Origin: Octopus vulgaris
Lineage: Eukaryota
DNA length: 64,000 nt
Assembly (NCBI GenBank): GCA_951406725.2
Contig: OX597818.1
Coordinates: 99,510,001-99,574,000, forward strand
Direction of reading: 5' to 3'
Shown: piece by piece, positions 57,464 to 64,000 of the stretch
How the letters are laid out: every line of letters starts with the position of its first letter
Numbering within the stretch: position 1 is the first letter of the stretch
Translations under genes and position numbers: made by a program
Notes under the pieces: generated by a model
Database searches by the model: none
What the model saw: only the letters and a program-made list of their open reading frames with translations
What the model was told of the DNA's origin: nothing

Positions 57464-57755
57464 CTAGCAGTATCGCCCGGCGTTAATCGGGTTTGTAAGG
57501 GAAATAACTATATAAGCATTTTTAGATAGTTACTTCCCTTATATAATAGCAAAAAAATGCATTAAAAATGGGAAAAAATTATGGTAATATTTTTTTTAAT
57601 CGTAGACTCATCGTAGACGCACGCTAATACCCAGAAGGGCTCGATATGAATCACGACTATAAGATACCCGGTTTTGGTTAAACTGCACCGCAAAATGTGG
57701 GACTAGTTAGGAATTTAAATCGTAGGAGACAGACACTCACACAACTTACCAATAT
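57464..57755 (-). mobile_element. Short non-autonomous Helitron
   Basis: Minus 3' end CCCG-ATTAACGC-CGGG-CGATACTG-CTAG|T in (TA)n; 5' TC terminus not clearly preserved. Confidence 0.7.
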
Positions 57756-57763
57756 ATATATAT

Positions 57764-57801
<38 letters not shown>

Positions 57802-57847
57802 GCGTGTGTATATATGTATGTGTGTGCGTGTGTGTGTATCACTGTCC

Positions 57848-57917
<70 letters not shown>

Positions 57918-57994
57918 ATATCTATCTATTTATCTATCTATCTATCTCATACAATTATACGTACAAAAACACAAACGCACGTACATACACCTTT

Positions 57995-58223
57995 CTCTTA
58001 TTCTTTTACTCTTTTAGTTGTTTCAGTCATTTGACTGCGGCCACGCTGGAGCACTGCCTTCAAGAATTTTAGTCAAACATATCGACCTCAGGACAATTTT
58101 TTTAAAGCCTAGTATTTATTCTATCGGTATCTTTTGCCGAACCACTAGATTATGGAGGCGTAAACACGCCAACACCAGTTGTCAAGCGGTGAAGGGGGTA
58201 TAAACACAACCACAAAGACACAG

Positions 58224-58289
<66 letters not shown>

Positions 58290-58523
58290 ACACACACACA
58301 AACACACACACATACACACACACACACACACACACATGCGAACGCACACTCAAACGCGAACGCACACATACTCATAAATATATAATTATATATACGATGG
58401 GGTTTCAGTTTCTATCTACCAAATTAATTCACAAGGCTTTCATTGACCCAAGGTGCTATGCAGTGGCACTGAACTCGGAACCATGTGTTTGGAAACAAAA
58501 TTTCTTATCACACAGCCTTGCCT
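57995..58523 (-). mobile_element. SINE family A with an internal (CA)n expansion
   Basis: Same tail, body and head motifs as 26243-26608. Confidence 0.85.
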
Positions 58524-58988
58524 ATACACACACACATATACACACGCGCGTGCACACACACACACATATGTATGACAGAAGAATTGCATCAGTGACTCAG
58601 TTACCAATGAGCCTCCCCAATCTTTAGGCGGTAGTGTTTGTTTGAGCGGTATAACCTCAACAAACACTGGTTCCATAAAACTTCCACTTAAATGTTTGAA
58701 TATGGTGCTTCGTCTTCACTGGATATTTGTATTTCTTATATGAGTGTTTGCTCGGATAATTCGTTCGTATTTTGTTGTACATAGAACAATTTTTATCTAA
58801 TGAAAAATTGTCTAAATAATAATAAAAATATTATAAATTCATGAAAATAATTCATTGACTTGAAGACCTATCATTAAAATTGTATTTATATTTTAATGTA
58901 TTATAAAATTATTTTTATATATTTATTATTTTAGATTTCTTTTTACTACAAAGACTTCATATATGCATCAATCTACGTACGTACGTAC

Positions 58989-59069
<81 letters not shown>

Positions 59070-60731
59070 CATCTATCTATCTATCATTATCAGATGAAGA
59101 AATGTATAAGGTTACTAAATTATTGATTTAGCTGTCTTCTTACTAATTTTCGCCATTTGACTCTGGTTTTCTCCTCTAGTAGTAGTTTCTTAACTCAAAC
59201 GTCTGTCTTTAGGAACACTCTCCCTTCTCGTTTCCCTTATCGATTCAAGTGCAATTCTTGACATCCACTGTGGACAATTTTCGTAATTTTTAAAACGGTT
59301 TCTTATATTTCTTTGTGCCCCTATTGGCCTTGTATTTTTGCTGGTCATTTGCCATTTTGTTTGAGTGACTTCCATTCAAGTAAGTGAAGGTATATGCTTT
59401 CAAGACATTAGGAATAACCAGCGCACTTCAAGCATCTACAGAAGGCACTGCAGATTATAAAATACGGCAGTAGGTATCTAGGTCCATTACGTACGTGTGT
59501 ACAGCAGGGTTGATTCATTAAAAATCAAACAAACTGAAGACATATTATGATAAAAAAACAAACAAAATATATCATCATAAAAAGGCAATGTGTTGCATTA
59601 CAACGGAAAGCAAAAGACAATTAACATTTCGGAAAAAAAGTCCTTTTGCAAGTAAGAGGAGCATAAATTTTGTTTGTTTGTTATAGAATTATAAACAATG
59701 ACTTCAGTGTATGTAGAAAAGAAAACTTCATTTATTTGAGATTAAGGCTTTTACTATGCTGCTACTCCCAGTTCCTAGTTCCCATGGAAGAACATACAGG
59801 CAGATAAATTTGATGTCTTGTAAAACGTTCATCGATATTCTTGTCAGTTTGGTGGTTTTAACGAAGCCAATAGTTGTCCACATTTGTTGAGGTGGGGGCT
59901 GTGATGGAATACTATTTAGTAACTCTGTGTAAACATCTATAACATATTTGTAGTTTTGTATGAGAGTACAATCTACCATATGATCTTAAATATATCACTA
60001 TAAGGTTATGTGTGTGTATATATATATAGGGTTATATATGTACATATATACACACATACGTACAAGCATACACGTATGTATACAGGCACACACAGTCATA
60101 CGTTCATGGATATAGACGTACATACCGAGACATTCACATATTTTTACAATGAATTCATAAGAACGCATACAACTTCAATTAATAGCTATTATACTAGATA
60201 GGAATAGAATGTCCTAGACAAAAGAATGAACGAAAAAGGAAATGAAGGAAAGAAAGAGAGTGTAAAATCAGAGTGAGATGAAGGAAAGTGTCGTCTCCTT
60301 CGATAAAATGCACCAATATTACAGTATCTATTATGGTTATTCTATTTCAGATGCTCTCTTTTGACGTTCAGATAAGTTCTTGTTTCACTTCTCGACGACA
60401 AGAAAAGCGCACCAGACGGTGTATATATATGCACAAATGCATACACGTATATATTAATGTTTGTATGTTATGCATAGTCATATACTAGAACAAACTTCGA
60501 TTGATTGATCACGCAATACATTCATGTTGAGGATCGAATTTATTTTAACAGCAAAAAGTTTGATAGTGACTTCGAATTTTCGTGCATCGTTGATTTCGTG
60601 GAGGTAGTTTGGCAATAATTTTGAAGTCACTTTCAATATTTACTTTGTGTGGGTGTGCGCATCTGTGTATAATGTTTTCATGTGTATATAGCTTGGTGCT
60701 TGTGTGTGTCTGTAGGTACCTACATCACGTC

Positions 60732-60782
<51 letters not shown>

Positions 60783-61665
60783 ATGTATGTATATATGTAT
60801 ATGAGTGTGTGTGTGTTGTATCATATACAAAAACAGATAGACATACACACATATATATATACATACAATGTACACTCGAGGTAGATCAGTCATTTTTCGA
60901 TTCTCATACACAAAACCCACTAACCATTCATTTATATGACGTCATATTTGCGCATATTTAATTAGGCATTTACTGTAATATTCCTTTACCACGTCCTTCC
61001 TGTCTTCGCCTCATCTCGTGAACTTCCAGCCCTGCCTTCCTCTCCTCATCCTCTCCCGCCTTCTCAGCCTTATGATCACCATCACAATTATCATGCATAC
61101 ACATCCATACTCATCGATTCGTAAAGGACACCGCATTTACTTACAAATATAGTTTGGCAAGCTTGTTAGAGCATCGGGAAAAAAATGCCCCGCAGCACTC
61201 GTTCCAGCTATTTAGGTCCTGGTTTCAAATACCGAAGTAGATTAAAAAAAAAATACTAGTCATGTCATAGAAAGCAATATATTTGACTTCTCGTAAAACT
61301 ACATTTCCTATTTTAGAATTTTTCGTCATTCGCTTATATAACCATTCACCATCGGTTTCCTTCATAGAATTCAAGCAATATTTCAAAAATATATCCAAAC
61401 ACCCAATATTTCTAAGGAAACGAAGTCTCTGATTAACCTCCGAACGATCAGATTTGTGTAACCGGGAGTACTAGAATTGAGAGCTACTCATTTATGATAT
61501 ATCAAGGAATACTCCGCGCTAATGTATTGAGTTATGCAATTTATCATTTCTCCGTGAATCAACAGATTTATATGTATGCATGTATCAATGCATCCATCTG
61601 TCCGTTCGTCCGTCCGTCAGTCCGTCCGTCCGTCAGTCCGTCGGTCATTATGTCTGTCTGTCTAT

Positions 61666-61784
<119 letters not shown>

Positions 61785-61796
61785 GCTAGCTAGCTA

Positions 61797-61945
61797 TCGT
61801 CCAACGTCGACTCCATTTTTCCCCGACCCTTTTGATCGGAATTTTACTTTTTCCGCACCCTTTTTATTTTTCATTTTCGAAAAGAAAAGTTCTGCATTTG
61901 CACTTGCCCCTCTGTGTTCATCTCTGTGTGGCCAATAAAGAAAGT
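61797..61945 (+). mobile_element. 3' UTR-only copy of a related Tx1/L1-like LINE subfamily
   Basis: CGACCCTTTTGATCGG...AAAAGAAAAGTTCTGC...CTGTGTGGCCAATAAAGAAAGTTATCT resembles 9935-10080. Confidence 0.8.
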
Positions 61946-61957
61946 TATCTAACCTTG

Positions 61958-62289
61958 TCTTTTACTTATTTCAGTCATTAGACTGCGGTCACGTTGGGGC
62001 ACTATCTTAAATCGACTGTAATACTTATTTTCATAAAGCTGGTACTTATTCTGTGGGGCACTTCGCCAAACCACCAAGTTACGAGGACATAAACAAGACC
62101 GACTGCAAGTAATAGTGGGGAACAAAGACAACAAAAATACAATGATGCGCTCACAAACACGTACACATACAAACATACAGACACACACACATACACAGGC
62201 ACGCGAACGCAGAGACACAGACACACGCGCATACCACACACACACACACACACACACACTTTCACTCTTTCTCATACACACACATTCTT

Positions 62290-62330
<41 letters not shown>

Positions 62331-62482
62331 TATATACGACGGGCTTCTTTCAGTTTCCGTCTACCAAATCCACTCACAAGGCTTTGGTCAACCGAGGTCA
62401 TAATAGAAGACATTTGTCCAGCTTGTCACGTAGTGGGACTGAATTAAACACCAACTGTTGGGGAAGCTAGTTTACACACACA
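61958..62482 (-). mobile_element. SINE family A with an internal compound CA/CT expansion
   Basis: TATACGACGGGCTTCTTTCAGTTTCCGTCTACCAAATCCACTCACAAGGCTTTGGTC etc. Confidence 0.85.
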
Positions 62483-62869
62483 AATGCATTCATCACCCAA
62501 CCTAACGCCCACCATCCCGTTATTTCCTCTTCATCACCTACGTCCTCTTTCAATCTTGCACTCACATTACAAACACATTACACCTTCAGATACATTATCT
62601 TCATCATCATCAGTCATTACACCAGTTCACTTAGAGACTGACATTATGTAATGAAATCATCATTATTGCTATCATTGTGACAAATTTCCATTCATTTGGT
62701 AACATATAAAACCATCACACTTTATCATCACAATGTAATTATCCTCATTATTATTAATATTATTATAATCACACCTACATATCCACTGAAAGATATCATG
62801 TAATCTTCCTTATGCCGTCATCGTATTTATAATCATTGTTATGACACCTTCACACGTACACGGTGACAT

Positions 62870-63073
62870 TGTGCGCTATCCTCCACCTGCCTTCCTCCTT
62901 CCACTCCCTTTTTCGTCGTCCCCCCTCCTCCTCCTCCCCCTCCTCCCCCTCCTCCTCCTCATCATCATCATCGCCGCCGTTGTTGTCTTCGTCGTCATGT
63001 TGAAGGCAGTGACCGTTGAAGTCGTCATAGCTCTCGACATCATCATCAAAACGTCGTCGTCGTCATCGTCATT

Positions 63074-63106
<33 letters not shown>

Positions 63107-63150
63107 TTCACTTTCTCATCATCGCAGCAATATTATTATCAACATCGTCG
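62870..63150. repeat. Trinucleotide low-complexity field (CCT, CAT, CGT)
   Basis: Direct reading. Confidence 0.85.
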
Positions 63151-63432
63151 TTGTCGCCAATATCACCATTATAACGGTCAGCATAGTATACACCATGAAC
63201 ACCCACACATATTAACCCTATTAAGTAACCTATGCTGTAGCATCTGCAGCATACAATAATGCCACAACCGTCATCAACATGATATTGACAATTGACTCCG
63301 TTTCGTCAATAACAACAAAATTATGTTCATGATACACTAAAAGTATGACAGGCACACGTCGTATGCGGAGGCAGTGTCATTTGACGGAAACATGACAGCG
63401 TCATCATTGTAGTTTTCAGAGTTAACATGCTA

Positions 63433-63681
63433 TTCTTTTACTTGTTTCAGTCATTTGACTGCGACCATGCTGGAACACCGTCTTTAGTCGAGCACATCGA
63501 CTCCAAGACTTATTCTTTGTAAGCGTAGTACTTATTCTCTCGGGATCTTTTGCGGAACCGCTAGGTCACCAGGACGTAAACACACCAACATTGGTTGTCA
63601 AGCGATGATGGGGGTACAAACACAGACACACAAACATATATACATACATACATACATACATACATACATACATACATACAT

Positions 63682-63729
<48 letters not shown>

Positions 63730-63860
63730 ACACACACACACACATATAGGACGGGCTTCTTTCTGTTTCCGACTACCAAATCCACTCACAAGGCTATAGC
63801 AGAAGACACTTGCCTAAGGTGACACGCAGTGGGACTGAACCAAGAACCATGTGGTTGGTG
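63433..63860 (-). mobile_element. SINE family A with an internal (TACA)n(CA)n expansion
   Basis: Same motifs as other family A copies; 5' head truncated. Confidence 0.85.
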
Positions 63861-64000
63861 TGGAAAAAAGTATACCCTTATTCTAAGATTTGTTGCCTCT
63901 TTAACCCGCTGTCCATCGAGAACTCGTTCTATTATTTGGCCGAAAACTTGTTGAATTTTGGCTAACATAACCCATCGGTTTATGTGTTATGTTTATTTTC

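Overview
This is an AT-rich, extremely microsatellite-dense eukaryotic non-coding window. It is most likely from an Octopus or other coleoid cephalopod genome; this is inferred from the SINE families and repeat landscape and was not verified by search. I cannot support any host protein-coding exon, and almost all ORFs in the track are translations of simple repeats. Recognisable content: several tRNA-derived SINE families; fragments of a Tx1/L1-like LINE (zf-RVT end); an internally deleted mariner; a decayed IS630-Tc1-mariner transposase; a Tigger/pogo-like MITE; two non-autonomous Helitrons; an old RTE-like RT remnant; and several Penelope-like terminal repeats. Four signals stand out. (1) A set of type-I hammerhead ribozyme motifs, some with very long stem II insertions. 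(2) A LINE family whose 3'-complete copies all sit in (TATC)n microsatellite. (3) Complete strand asymmetry of long (TATC)n/(TACC)n arrays across the window. (4) A microhomology-flanked templated insertion copied from about 2.2 kb away. All alignments were done by eye, so the boundaries of decayed repeats are approximate.
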